The notes beneath the pieces are model-generated. The model ran no database searches. It was not told the DNA's origin and saw only the letters and a list, made by a program, of their open reading frames with translations. 64,000 nt of DNA. It comes from an uncultured Verrucomicrobiae bacterium (lineage in GTDB: Bacteria; Chlamydiota; Chlamydiia; Chlamydiales; Rhabdochlamydiaceae). The stretch is taken from positions 1,824,001 to 1,888,000 of the forward strand of contig CAVSUE010000001.1 in NCBI GenBank assembly GCA_963731265.1, given 5' to 3'. Numbering within the stretch: the stretch's first letter is position 1; every line of letters starts with the position of its first letter. Of this stretch, positions 9,388-19,600 are shown piece by piece. The position numbers and the translations under genes were made by a program.

Positions 9388-9909
9388 TTGTCACGCTATC
9401 ATGGAGTGCATGTGAAATTGAAAGCAGTAACAATCGACCAGCTCGACATGAAGGACCATGTCCGTTGGGCGCAGGACCAGGAAGTTTACGACATTGCTTT
9501 CGTTAAAGATTCAGATATCGTTGCGCAGCAACCCGAAATTCTAGGCACATCGGTAATCTATCCTTCCAAATTCGACGAGCTTTTCGAACTGCAAAAAAGG
9601 AATCTGCCTTGGGCGACATTTCTACCGCCAGGAAATTTCCACACATTCAGCAAGCGGTTTTTCTCCTATCGCTTATTTCCCCATATTTTTTGGGAAGAGG
9701 AAGATGAAGAGGACAGCGAGCAAGAAGATGAGGATTCTGAAGAAGGTTTGATGTCAGGCATCATCAATTGCAAACCGCCAGGAAACCAGAAGGAGTCGTT
9801 GTTCGAAAAGGACAAAAGCACTGTGCTTAATCTCTTAGAATCGATCAAAGAGATCAACGGTTTACTGAAGCAAATCAACGCGCGCAAACTGCAATACCAA
9901 AAAGGGTAA
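9388..9909 (+). CDS. Chlamydial conserved protein resembling the CT273/DUF5399 family
   Basis: WATFLPPGNF motif, acidic EEEDEEDSEQEDEDSEE tract and C-terminal INARKLQYQKG pattern match this family from recall; start uncertain (GTG 9412 possible). Confidence 0.6.
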   Translation: MSRYHGVHVKLKAVTIDQLDMKDHVRWAQDQEVYDIAFVKDSDIVAQQPEILGTSVIYPSKFDELFELQKRNLPWATFLPPGNFHTFSKRFFSYRLFPHIFWEEEDEEDSEQEDEDSEEGLMSGIINCKPPGNQKESLFEKDKSTVLNLLESIKEINGLLKQINARKLQYQKG

Positions 9910-9916
9910 GAGGCCT

Positions 9917-11113
9917 CTAAATTCGAGCGATGTCCGCTATGCCCGTTTGTGCACGGACGGGGTCGAGCTCCGCAGCAAAGGCACCGTCTTTCCCTGCGAC
10001 GATGAGATTCATTGAAGAGGCGGGACGCAGCGTCAGTAAACGTCGTTCAGCCTCGGCTGCGGTCGCGCTGTTTTCTAAGAGATCGCGGAAAAGCAAAGTG
10101 ACCGGCATGCCCTCTTGTTTGTTGTTTCCCGATTGGCAGCAACCTACGACAACACCTTCTTCGTTCATCCCTCTCAAAACCCCCAAATACCCTGGCACGG
10201 TAAGGTTCACAAATGATTTTCTTCCGTCCTGAGATTTAAAAGAAACGGGGACGAAGTAAGGAGAAAGCACAGGCCATGGCCAATCCAGGTTAAAGGCCGC
10301 AAAAATTTCTTTGCTGGTTGCAGGTTCTCTTTTTCTTTTAAAAAAAGAAAACACCGATGCTATTTTCCAAGCCGCATGTTCCCAAGCTGACGCCATGTGA
10401 ACCTCTTTTTTATGCACATCAAACACGGCAGCTTGCACAGTATCATCCATGCTCGCGTCGGCTAAAGCTCGTTGATGCGCTTTGATGCCATCATGGAGTG
10501 GAGCTCCGTTTACCGCGAGCAAACGAGAGCAGCCAGGCTGAGCGCCAAAATGATTCGTCTTAGCCACACGGCGTACATTTCCTCCCTCTTTGACCGAGGC
10601 CACTGCGCTGCATCCATACTGCCCTGCATAAACATCGATAAAGGTATGGATTTTGTAGACATCTTCCAGCGATACGCCGGCCCCTGCGCTAAGGCCTCGC
10701 ATTTCTTCATGCATGTGTGGGGGTATATGGGCTTTAAGCTGATCGAGAGAACGCTGGAAATCCACAGGACTCTCAGCAATGCGCTCATCAATTTTTTGCT
10801 TAGCGCATTGATAAAGAAATTGCGTCTGCTCTTTTAACCGAGACCCAAACTCAAAACCGCGACGATACGGATCTGTTTCTTTTAATTTTAGAGCGGTAAT
10901 CCGGCCATTTAAAGAATAATCGATAGCAGCAAGACCGTGGCCTAAGAGGGGTGTAATCAGAAGGACCCCAAAAAAAACATGATAGGCGCGCTCTAAAAAA
11001 CCGATCGGCGCTTCCGAAAAGCCTGCTTGGACATGCCTGATTCCCCATCGGACATTGGCATCGAGATAAAAGAGCGATGCTGAACTCTGTGGCAAGGAAT
11101 AATCAATTTTCAT
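9917..11113 (-). CDS. Peptidase C45 / Ntn-hydrolase family protein (Cys168 nucleophile) with rearranged beta subunit
   Basis: PYRRGFEFG and EEMRGLSAGAGV alpha subunit; G-CSA cleavage site; TNHF; FNLDW; PGYLGVLRGMNEEG; GMPVTLLFRDLLE; SSMNLIVA. Confidence 0.85.
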   Translation of the reverse strand: MKIDYSLPQSSASLFYLDANVRWGIRHVQAGFSEAPIGFLERAYHVFFGVLLITPLLGHGLAAIDYSLNGRITALKLKETDPYRRGFEFGSRLKEQTQFLYQCAKQKIDERIAESPVDFQRSLDQLKAHIPPHMHEEMRGLSAGAGVSLEDVYKIHTFIDVYAGQYGCSAVASVKEGGNVRRVAKTNHFGAQPGCSRLLAVNGAPLHDGIKAHQRALADASMDDTVQAAVFDVHKKEVHMASAWEHAAWKIASVFSFFKRKREPATSKEIFAAFNLDWPWPVLSPYFVPVSFKSQDGRKSFVNLTVPGYLGVLRGMNEEGVVVGCCQSGNNKQEGMPVTLLFRDLLENSATAAEAERRLLTLRPASSMNLIVAGKDGAFAAELDPVRAQTGIADIARI

Positions 11114-11125
11114 AGGTTAAAAAAG

Positions 11126-11899
11126 TTAAGGTTTAGGTGAAAGAACAAATTCTTGATGTTGACCACTACAAAGTGTGCGAGCGAATTCGGCTGCTTCATC
11201 CGCATTATGCGCAGTTATATCTGTGATTTGAGAATTCGGTAGAAAGGGAAACAGGGAGACGTGCCATATTGATCCGTCATGCCCGCCAAGCGAAATCGAC
11301 GTTTCACGGTATAACTGCTTGATTGTTGCGATAAAAACACGATTAGTCGATCGTTGTGTCAAACGCATCGCTGCGAATTTAGTTCCAGCAGGGGTTTCTC
11401 CCTGTACGATCGATTCCCCCCTGTTGAAATAGGATTCTTGTAGCTCGAAGTTGCCAGTGGTCCAACATTGGCAATACTCTCTATCGGTTAGGGGGACAGA
11501 TCGAAATGCTCGGCATGTGCGTTCTCCTCCTAATCCAGCGACGATCTTTTCACGTGCAAGGCGATTACGTTCGACTCCTGTTTGAAAATATTTATACTGC
11601 TCCAATTTTCCATTAAAACCGATCAGTGGTGTTACCAATCCGTTTCCACCATAGAATTGGCCAAACACAAAATGCCCAAATCCGCTCCAATCTAGAAAAT
11701 TAAAGAGTTTTTTCACGACAAACAAACAATTAGCAGTCCAACAACTTTTGTTTAGATCTAAATCCCACTCGGCTACTTTTCCAATAAGGCCGGAATGCCA
11801 CCCTTGAGTATCATCATGACCTACAAAGTACGGTACATTTAATTGATAAGAGGGAATTGGCGCTTGGATAGTTGATGTTAATAAGGGAGAAACACTCAT
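11126..11899 (-). CDS. Hypothetical protein (orphan, possible effector)
   Basis: About 257-aa ORF from ATG 11899 (MSVSPLLTSTIQAP); no recognisable motif. Confidence 0.65.
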   Translation of the reverse strand: MSVSPLLTSTIQAPIPSYQLNVPYFVGHDDTQGWHSGLIGKVAEWDLDLNKSCWTANCLFVVKKLFNFLDWSGFGHFVFGQFYGGNGLVTPLIGFNGKLEQYKYFQTGVERNRLAREKIVAGLGGERTCRAFRSVPLTDREYCQCWTTGNFELQESYFNRGESIVQGETPAGTKFAAMRLTQRSTNRVFIATIKQLYRETSISLGGHDGSIWHVSLFPFLPNSQITDITAHNADEAAEFARTLCSGQHQEFVLSPKP

Positions 11900-12101
11900 A
11901 AAAATCAAATTATCTCTATTATATAGGCGGAAATTATACTAAACAAGACGATAATAAAGAAGAAAAAAAGGATAATGGCAAAAAAGGGGCTTAAAATATT
12001 TTAATTTCGAAGCCTCCATCCGCAGCCCTTAATGTGTTAATGATATAAAAAAATTAACAAGATGGGCAAGATTAAGGATGAAAAATAGGAGAAGGGTTAA
12101 T

Positions 12102-12809
12102 ATGACATTAGCTCTAACGATATTAGGCGCTTCGGGAAAAATGGGCCAAAAGGTATTGGAATTGGCTCTTAAAGACTCCCATTTTCAAATTGCCGGCTTA
12201 AGTTCTAGAAAGAAAAATGACCTCCTCTCTGCGATGGCGCAATGCGACGTAGCCATCGACTTCTCATCTCCCGAAGCCTTGGCGCATCACCTTGAAGCCG
12301 CCCTCTCAGCGAAAAAAGCGCTTGTCATTGGAACGACCGGTCTCACCCCCCAAGCAAAACAAGCGATAGAGGATGCGGCCAGGATGATCCCTCTTCTATA
12401 TTCTTCCAATTTCAGTTTCGGCATGGCCCTCTGTTTAGACGCTGCAGCCCGCCTGGGGAAAGTTTTGTTCGGCAAAAGCGCGATCGACATTCATGAGACC
12501 CATCATGCCCACAAAAAAGATCGGCCGAGCGGAACGGCATTGGCATTGGCCAAAGCGATTGGAAACGGCAAGGTAATTTTTGAAAACGAAGGCTCTTCAC
12601 GCCAAAAAGAAGAAATTCTCATCCATTCCACTCGTTCTGGGGAAACAGTCGGTGAACATTCTCTCATTTTTGAGTGCGGCCACGAGAGGATAGAAATTAA
12701 ACACACGGCGCATTCACGAGATACCTTTGCGCAGGGAGCTTTGATAGCAGCAAAGTTTTTAGCCAAGCAACCCCCAGGGCTCTATTCGTTTCTGGATGTT
12801 TACCATTGA
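12102..12809 (+). CDS. dapB: 4-hydroxy-tetrahydrodipicolinate reductase
   Basis: GASGKMG, IDFS, VIGTTG, SSNFSFG, ETHHAHKKDRPSGTA, FAQGA; start 12102 or 12078. Confidence 0.95.
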   Translation: MTLALTILGASGKMGQKVLELALKDSHFQIAGLSSRKKNDLLSAMAQCDVAIDFSSPEALAHHLEAALSAKKALVIGTTGLTPQAKQAIEDAARMIPLLYSSNFSFGMALCLDAAARLGKVLFGKSAIDIHETHHAHKKDRPSGTALALAKAIGNGKVIFENEGSSRQKEEILIHSTRSGETVGEHSLIFECGHERIEIKHTAHSRDTFAQGALIAAKFLAKQPPGLYSFLDVYH

Positions 12810-12864
12810 ATAAAACTGCAACGAGCGATCATCATTAGCTCCAAACCTCCCCAGGAAACTGTCT

Positions 12865-13719
12865 ATGAAAAATGTTCCTGTAAAAGATTTTTTTATCGGG
12901 AAAAAACAACCCCTTGCCGTGATGTCGGGGCCCTGCGTGATCGAAAGCGAAGACCACGCACTTTTCTCCGCTGAGCGGCTTGTGCGAATGTTTCAGAATC
13001 TCGACGGACTCAATTTCATTTACAAATCGAGCTATGACAAGGCCAACCGCTCTGCCTATGCCTCTTTCCGCGGGCCAGGGCTAGAAAACGGATTGAAAAT
13101 CCTCGAGCGGGTTAAAAAAGAATTTGGGGTTCCTGTTTTGACAGACGTGCATTCTCCCGAAGAAGCTATTGCCGCCGGCGAAGTGTGCGACATTTTGCAA
13201 ATTCCCGCTTTCCTTTGCAGACAGACGGATCTGATCGCCGCCGCCGCTAAGACAGGGGCTGTGATCAATGTAAAAAAAGGGCAGTTCATGGCCCCATGGG
13301 ACATGAGCAATGTCGTCGAAAAAATCATTGCTTCCGGGAATGAAAAGATCATTTTAACAGATCGAGGGACGTCGTTTGGCTACAACAACCTTGTCAGCGA
13401 TATGCGCGCGATACCGATCATGCAGAAATTCGGCTTCCCTGTCTGCTTCGATGCTTCCCATTCCGTTCAACTTCCGGGTGGCTTAGGAAATGCCTCGGGC
13501 GGCCAGCGCGAGTTCATCCCCACTCTGACCCGCGCAGCGATTGCTGCCGGCTGCAACTGCCTTTTCCTAGAATCCCACCCCGACCCCGCTCTTGCTAAAA
13601 GCGATAAAAGCTCCGTCTACCCTTTTGCTGAACTGCCGCGCTTTCTCGCTGAAGTGGAACAAATCTACCGACTCGTACAATTATTTGAGGAAGAAACCCT
13701 TACTGCAGGGAAAATTTAA
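12865..13719 (+). CDS. kdsA: KDO-8-phosphate synthase
   Basis: GPCVIES, KSSYDKANRS, QIPAFLCRQTDL, KKGQF, FDASHSVQLPGG. Confidence 0.97.
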   Translation: MKNVPVKDFFIGKKQPLAVMSGPCVIESEDHALFSAERLVRMFQNLDGLNFIYKSSYDKANRSAYASFRGPGLENGLKILERVKKEFGVPVLTDVHSPEEAIAAGEVCDILQIPAFLCRQTDLIAAAAKTGAVINVKKGQFMAPWDMSNVVEKIIASGNEKIILTDRGTSFGYNNLVSDMRAIPIMQKFGFPVCFDASHSVQLPGGLGNASGGQREFIPTLTRAAIAAGCNCLFLESHPDPALAKSDKSSVYPFAELPRFLAEVEQIYRLVQLFEEETLTAGKI

Positions 13720-13721
13720 AA

Positions 13722-14336
13722 ATGTTTCGACGTGCGACGATCCTCTCTTCGCTGCTTCTCGGTATCCTGACGGTTGTTTGGGGGTATTCCCTTGTCCATG
13801 TCAGTAAAGAGGACCTTGCCCGCATGAACCAAAAGATCTCCGAAAAAAAACTTGCGACGTCGACGAGTGTTTTTTCCACATCGCAGCAGCAACGCAAGGG
13901 GGTCGTCAAAGAAATCTGGTTCTCTCAAGAAGACGATACCCGCTTGCAATACCGCATTTTCAGCGAATCTTCGCTTCTCACGATTAAACCTGTCGACAAT
14001 GGCTTCGATCTCATTGAAAAACTGGAAAAAATCAAGTGCTGGATGCAAGATAAGCTCTATGAGCCTGCTGCAGGAGACGGCCCCATGCAGCAGATCCGGT
14101 TTCTCGCCGCTGAAGAGGGGTTGTACCGTTATGCATCCCAAGAATTCATCGCCCAGACTGTAGCTCTTTCGCTGTACAGGCTTGGCGGCCATGAATTGCC
14201 TCATGAGATGGTGACCAAGCCGTTCCTCAAGGGAATTGCGGAAGACGTCTCCTTTGCCGTTTCCGGCAAAAATCCGCAGTTCAAAGCGAAACATTTTAAA
14301 GCGGAATTAAATACGCTTGAGGATAAGAAAAAATGA
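13722..14336 (+). CDS. LptC-like membrane-anchored LPS export protein (by position)
   Basis: Single N-terminal TM helix, beta-rich body, located between kdsA and lptB. Confidence 0.6.
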   Translation: MFRRATILSSLLLGILTVVWGYSLVHVSKEDLARMNQKISEKKLATSTSVFSTSQQQRKGVVKEIWFSQEDDTRLQYRIFSESSLLTIKPVDNGFDLIEKLEKIKCWMQDKLYEPAAGDGPMQQIRFLAAEEGLYRYASQEFIAQTVALSLYRLGGHELPHEMVTKPFLKGIAEDVSFAVSGKNPQFKAKHFKAELNTLEDKKK

Positions 14337-15826
14337 GAACTTTGACTATCGCCATGAGCTTGCTCGCCGCGCCCCTTGCAGCGGATGAGCCCGCCCTTCC
14401 TGAGAGCGGAACGCTCTCCTCTTCCGACGCGAGCTATGACGGCAATTCTCTTGTGCTCACCGGCCACGTCATCCTCGACCATGGGCTTGGCAAGATGACA
14501 GCGGAAGAAGCTTCTCTGCAACGGCAAGAGGCCGGAAAAGATTTTCCCTTCTCTTTCATTCATTTGCGCAAAGATGTGCTTTTAGCATTAAAAAGCAGCG
14601 CCCAAATTTCTTGCGGCAGCGCTGAACTCGACTTCACGACGCTGAAAGGGATTCTGCATCCGCCCGAGAACGGCCCCGTCGTCTACACCGACCAAATCAA
14701 AAAAAAGCGGGGCGGAGAAATAAGCCCGCTAAAATTGTCGGGCCAGCTCATTCAGCTCAATTTCTTAAAACGACCCATCGACGGCAAAAAGACGGAATAC
14801 GAGATCGAAAATATCCTTGCAAAGGAAGATGTCGTCATTGATTACGCCAGTGATTTTCAGCTTTATGCACACCAAGCCCTCTACCGCAAAGAACTTTCCC
14901 AAGATTACAAAAGCTCAAAGAAGGAATTTCAGGGCATAGTCACCGCTTATCCCAAAGATGAACATTCCCCCTGCCGCCTGACCCATCAAGGCGATGAAGT
15001 CTTTGCCGAAATGGTCGATTTCGATCTCATCAATTCCCGCATCTCCCTGCTGCGCCCTAAAGGCATCCTCGCTACAGCCATTCTCCCTCAATCGCAAACA
15101 GGAGGGATGCGTTTTCAAGGCGACCATTTGTATTGGGACCACATCAAGAACACGTTGATCTTAAAAGGTCAGGTCGCCATCGATGACGTTTCTTTAGGAA
15201 GAATCAGCGCAGAAGACGAATTGCAAATCACTCAAACTCTCGTCAAAGGCAAGACGATGCTTAAGGGCATCCACACGCAGGGCCCTTCCACTCTTGTTTA
15301 CAAAGACGAGCATAACAATTCCCATCGACTGATCTCCAGCGGCCCTATCGATTTCAACCGCGACAAACTGCGCTCGACGATCGACAGCCTTGAAAAAGAC
15401 GGCTCTATTGCTCAAGACAAGCAACTTTATTACGAAGAAGAAGAATTTGCCGTCTACGCCGACGCCGCTTCGCTCGAATACTCCCTTGCCAGCGACACCC
15501 TGCAGCCTTCTTCCATCACTTTGACCGGAAACGTCCGCTTGTTTTCCCACAACCCGCAAGGACCTAAGCGCTGCGGGCTGGCTGACCGGTTGACCTATTC
15601 ACTGTCCACCAAGACGCTGATCCTTTCGGCTAATTCCGGAAAAAAAGTCCTTTTCTGGGACGAGTCGCAAGGCATGCGCCTGAGCGCTCCCGAAGTGCAT
15701 ATCACCTACGACCAGGAAACAAAACAACAGCAGGTCAGAGGCATCGGCGCCGTTCAGTTTGCCTTCACGCCGGATGAAGAAAAGAAAATTCAACAACTCT
15801 TCCCATTACTTAAAAGATTGCCATGA
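14333..15826 (+). CDS. LptA/OstA-like periplasmic beta-jellyroll protein, long (497 aa)
   Basis: Signal peptide; recurring DASYDGNSLVLTGHV / DHLYWDHIKNTLILKGQV / DRLTYSLSTKTLILS motifs; ATGA overlaps with both neighbours. Confidence 0.65.
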   Translation: MRTLTIAMSLLAAPLAADEPALPESGTLSSSDASYDGNSLVLTGHVILDHGLGKMTAEEASLQRQEAGKDFPFSFIHLRKDVLLALKSSAQISCGSAELDFTTLKGILHPPENGPVVYTDQIKKKRGGEISPLKLSGQLIQLNFLKRPIDGKKTEYEIENILAKEDVVIDYASDFQLYAHQALYRKELSQDYKSSKKEFQGIVTAYPKDEHSPCRLTHQGDEVFAEMVDFDLINSRISLLRPKGILATAILPQSQTGGMRFQGDHLYWDHIKNTLILKGQVAIDDVSLGRISAEDELQITQTLVKGKTMLKGIHTQGPSTLVYKDEHNNSHRLISSGPIDFNRDKLRSTIDSLEKDGSIAQDKQLYYEEEEFAVYADAASLEYSLASDTLQPSSITLTGNVRLFSHNPQGPKRCGLADRLTYSLSTKTLILSANSGKKVLFWDESQGMRLSAPEVHITYDQETKQQQVRGIGAVQFAFTPDEEKKIQQLFPLLKRLP

Positions 15827-16641
15827 GCCAAAAAACTTATTCTCCACTTATGCCTGCCGCAGCCCCCACGGTAAAGTTTGCACAACGTCACTCTCTCAAA
15901 ACGCCCGCAGCATCCTCTGCGACGCTGCTCAAAGCGGATCATCTCGTCAAAGTTTACGGCGGGAAATCTGTCGTCAACGGGCTGAGCCTGCAAGTGGGCA
16001 ACGGAGAAGTCGTCGGTCTCCTTGGGCCCAATGGCGCCGGCAAAACAACGGCTTTTTATATGACCATCGGGCTGATCAAGCCCGATTCAGGGAAAGTCTA
16101 CTTTAACGGCCAAGAAGTCACTCATCTTCCCATTCATGAGCGGGCAAAAATGGGGATGGGCTATCTCGCGCAAGAACCTTCTGTATTCCGCCAACTGACG
16201 GTGGAAGACAACCTCATTTGCATCCTGGAGACGCTCCATCTGTCCTCCGAAGAGAAAAAAAGCCGCCTGCAAACCCTTCTGGGCGAGCTCCATTTGACAG
16301 GCCTGGCAAAAAAGAAGGCGAGCAGCCTCTCCGGCGGAGAGCGCCGCCGCCTGGAAATCACCCGCGCCCTGATCATCCAGCCTTCCTTGCTCCTGCTCGA
16401 TGAGCCCTTCGCCAACATCGATCCTCTCGCCGTCAACGACGTCAAGACGATGATCCGCCATCTTAAGAGCAAAGGGATCAGCGTCCTGATCACAGACCAC
16501 AACGCCCGCGAGATCTTCTCGATCGTCGACCGCAGCTACCTCATCCGCGACGGCAAGGTCCTGCTCTCCGGCACCGTCCACGAGCTCCTCGAAAGCCCGG
16601 ATGCCCGCTCGTCCTACTTCGGCGAAGACTTTAGGTTGTGA
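15823..16641 (+). CDS. lptB: LPS export ABC transporter ATPase
   Basis: GPNGAGKTT, YLAQEPSVF, LSGGERRRLEI, LLLDEPFA, ITDHNARE, YFGEDFRL. Confidence 0.95.
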   Translation: MSQKTYSPLMPAAAPTVKFAQRHSLKTPAASSATLLKADHLVKVYGGKSVVNGLSLQVGNGEVVGLLGPNGAGKTTAFYMTIGLIKPDSGKVYFNGQEVTHLPIHERAKMGMGYLAQEPSVFRQLTVEDNLICILETLHLSSEEKKSRLQTLLGELHLTGLAKKKASSLSGGERRRLEITRALIIQPSLLLLDEPFANIDPLAVNDVKTMIRHLKSKGISVLITDHNAREIFSIVDRSYLIRDGKVLLSGTVHELLESPDARSSYFGEDFRL

Positions 16642-16695
16642 TTTTCGTTAGAGCAGGTAATCCATCCCATTTCCTATCCATAAATCGCTTCAGGG

Positions 16696-19600
16696 CTAAT
16701 TGACGGTAGTCGTAGTGCTCCGATTTTCGGAATCGATCCAATAGACATCATCCTCGAAAATGAATGAGCCATAGGGGGAAAAGATCGGGTCGCAGTAGCG
16801 CCATTGTTTTTTTCGATCGATGAATTGGCAGATCTTGAAGTGGTAACTAGGACTACGAAGACGTATTAAGGGAGGCATTTTTATTACTGGCAATAGGTCG
16901 GGAAGCGTGACAAGATTAGCGGCAATATTTGTAAATAAGAGAGCTTGGGCAGGCTTGGAGGCTAGAGGGTTTAATTCTTTATAATAAATTTTAAAAGGAG
17001 TGCCTTGATAAGTTCCTCCTGGATAGTAAGTTCCCCACTGTTCAATATTGCTATCTATCTCGAAAGGCCCGGGCGTAAAAACAGACCCGTTAATGCTATT
17101 GCCAACGGTATTTTGAGAGCGCCTGGCGGTATAGACCTTAACAGGAATCCCCGCGCCCGCCATAATCAGGCCTCCAGGTTCGAGAATAAATTGACCTAGG
17201 CCAATCCCAGGAGCGGTGGGGAAATCGTTATCGACAACGAGCGTAAGACTGCTGGAAGTGGTGCCATCTGCAATCACTTGAGTGTTAGTTCCGATAGAAA
17301 TATTGTTCCCGGCAATTAATAAGAGATTCCCTGGATTTGGTGTTGAAAAAATAGTGTAACCAGAAAGGTTGATCGAATCTCCTGCGATCACTGTAAGATC
17401 ACTACCGAAAGTGCGCATCACGCCTAATGCCCCGGCGGTAGGCGCCGTGTATAGGCAATCCTGAACACAGGTGACAGAGATATTGCCTTGCGCAGTCTGT
17501 ATTCCGGTCAAGACGTTATTGGACCCTCCTTGCACAATCAAATTCATAGCATTCGCGTTAATATCGCCGTGTGTTGTGCTTTGAATGAGTGCATTGGATC
17601 CGGCATTAGTGCCGCCTGTGAGACTCACATTTCCCGTGGTATTCACACCAATATCTCCATTTGTGGTAGAAATTAAGGCAGGGCCTAAACTTCCAGCGGT
17701 TAAGTTAACTGCGCCTGCTTGGACAGAAATATCATTGCCTGGACCTGTTCCAAGTGTCTCAATGCTCGCATTATTATTCACAAAAATGGTGTTGGGTGAG
17801 TTGACAGTAATTTTCCCTGAATTTGTATTTTTGACGGCTGCGCTATTTGTGACCGCGGTCCCATTTGTTGTTCCGCCTCCTGCTGTTCCCGTCATTGTTA
17901 TGGGACCGTTGACAGAACTCACAGCTGTCGAAGAATCTCTCATAAAGATTCCTTCATTGGAAGAAGTTCCTTGAACAGATCCTGTTCCGGCTAGCACGAT
18001 AGGGCCTGAATTCGAACTAATGATCCCACCATTGGAAAGGCGAATTCCTTCATTGGTATTTCCTGTACCGCCGGCTGTACCTGTCACCTCAATAGCACCG
18101 CTACTTGAAGTAATTTTACTACCGATTCCATCGACAAAAACTCCATGGCAGGAGGAAGTTCCTGCAAGTGATCCTTGCGCATTTGAAATGGTGATTGCGC
18201 CAGTGGTAGTTGAAGAAATGGATCCCGCAGCGGTCACCGAAAGTCCCGTACTGCTCGCTCCTATTCCATTCCCTGTGCCCGTGATCTGAATATTTCCCGA
18301 AGTGGATGTGACTGCACTTGATGTCCCCGTCACAATAATGCCATTACCTGTGGTCCCTACAGGTGATCCCGTTCCATTGAGTGTAATGCTTCCACCATTA
18401 GTGCTCATGATTTTGCCGCCTACCTCAATCGCTATACCATCTGCAGAAGTTCCCGAACCCCCTCCTATTCCCGTCATTTGGATCGGGCCCGTACCCAAGG
18501 CAGCAACTGTAGACTGATAGATAAGAATCCCCCAGTTAGTATTCGTCCCAGCTCCCCCAGTTCCGTTCAGGTTAATCATTCCCGTTCCGAGCGATTCCAC
18601 CACGGACGCGGTATCCAATTGGAGGCCGCGATTATTTGGATTTCCGGCTGAACCTCGTGCTTGTCCAGTCATTTGAATGTTGCCATTCGTGTTTACTACC
18701 TGAGACTGAGAGACCTGAATTCCCAATTGTGTATTCCCAGTGAGACTGGAATTGATAGCATTTGCAGTGATGTTACCCGAGGTGGAATACAGAAACGACC
18801 CCCCTGCAACCTGAAAAGCCGAGGAACTGCCACTTGATACTGTGGTTTGGGCAATAATGTTAATGGGACCACTGTTGCTCTCAATGATAGAACTAGCGGT
18901 GAGGAAAACCCCCGGATTATTAGTGCCCTGTCCGTTATTAATTCCCGTGATTGAAATCGTTCCCGAATTAGATGAGAGAGTGCTGCGGGTTGCAATTTGG
19001 ACTCCTTGTCCGGAGTTACTTGGACCCGTAGAGAGAGTGCCTATTATGGTGATATTCCCGCTGCCAAGGGCTTGGCAGGTGGCGGTAGTGTTATCTCCTG
19101 CCATTTCAAACCCCGTAGCGATTAATCCTTGACAGGCAGAGGTGCCAATAAGAGTAATATTACCGGTTCCCATCGAAGTGATCTTGGGATTTCCAATCGG
19201 CCCATCTCCTCTTATGATGAGTCCGTTATTCCCCCCAGTAACTCCGGCGCTGGTACTGGTTCCTGTCATATTAATATTGCCCGAACTTGTAGATGTAACT
19301 TGACCCCGAATCATGACACCATTCTGGTTGCCATTATTGGGAGTGCCAGTTATCCCTATGAAATTTATCGTTCCATTCGCTGTTTGAACAACTCCGTCAA
19401 CAGCGACACCACTGCATTGATTTACTACCCCTACCGCACCCGAAATTCCAGTTCCATTGAAGGTAATATCGCCCGAATCTGTCGTGACTCTCCCTGTGGA
19501 ACTGACATACAATCCCTCCTGGGGGGTTGTCGTTACCCCAAGACCTTGGGTTGTAAAATTAACAGCTCCTCCGTTGGTCGCAGAGATCGTTCCGTTTACA

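Noticed and set aside
7462..11908. Possible integrated island at tRNA-Arg
   Set aside because: No integrase and no duplicated tRNA 3' end; the secretin lies on the 5' side of the tRNA.
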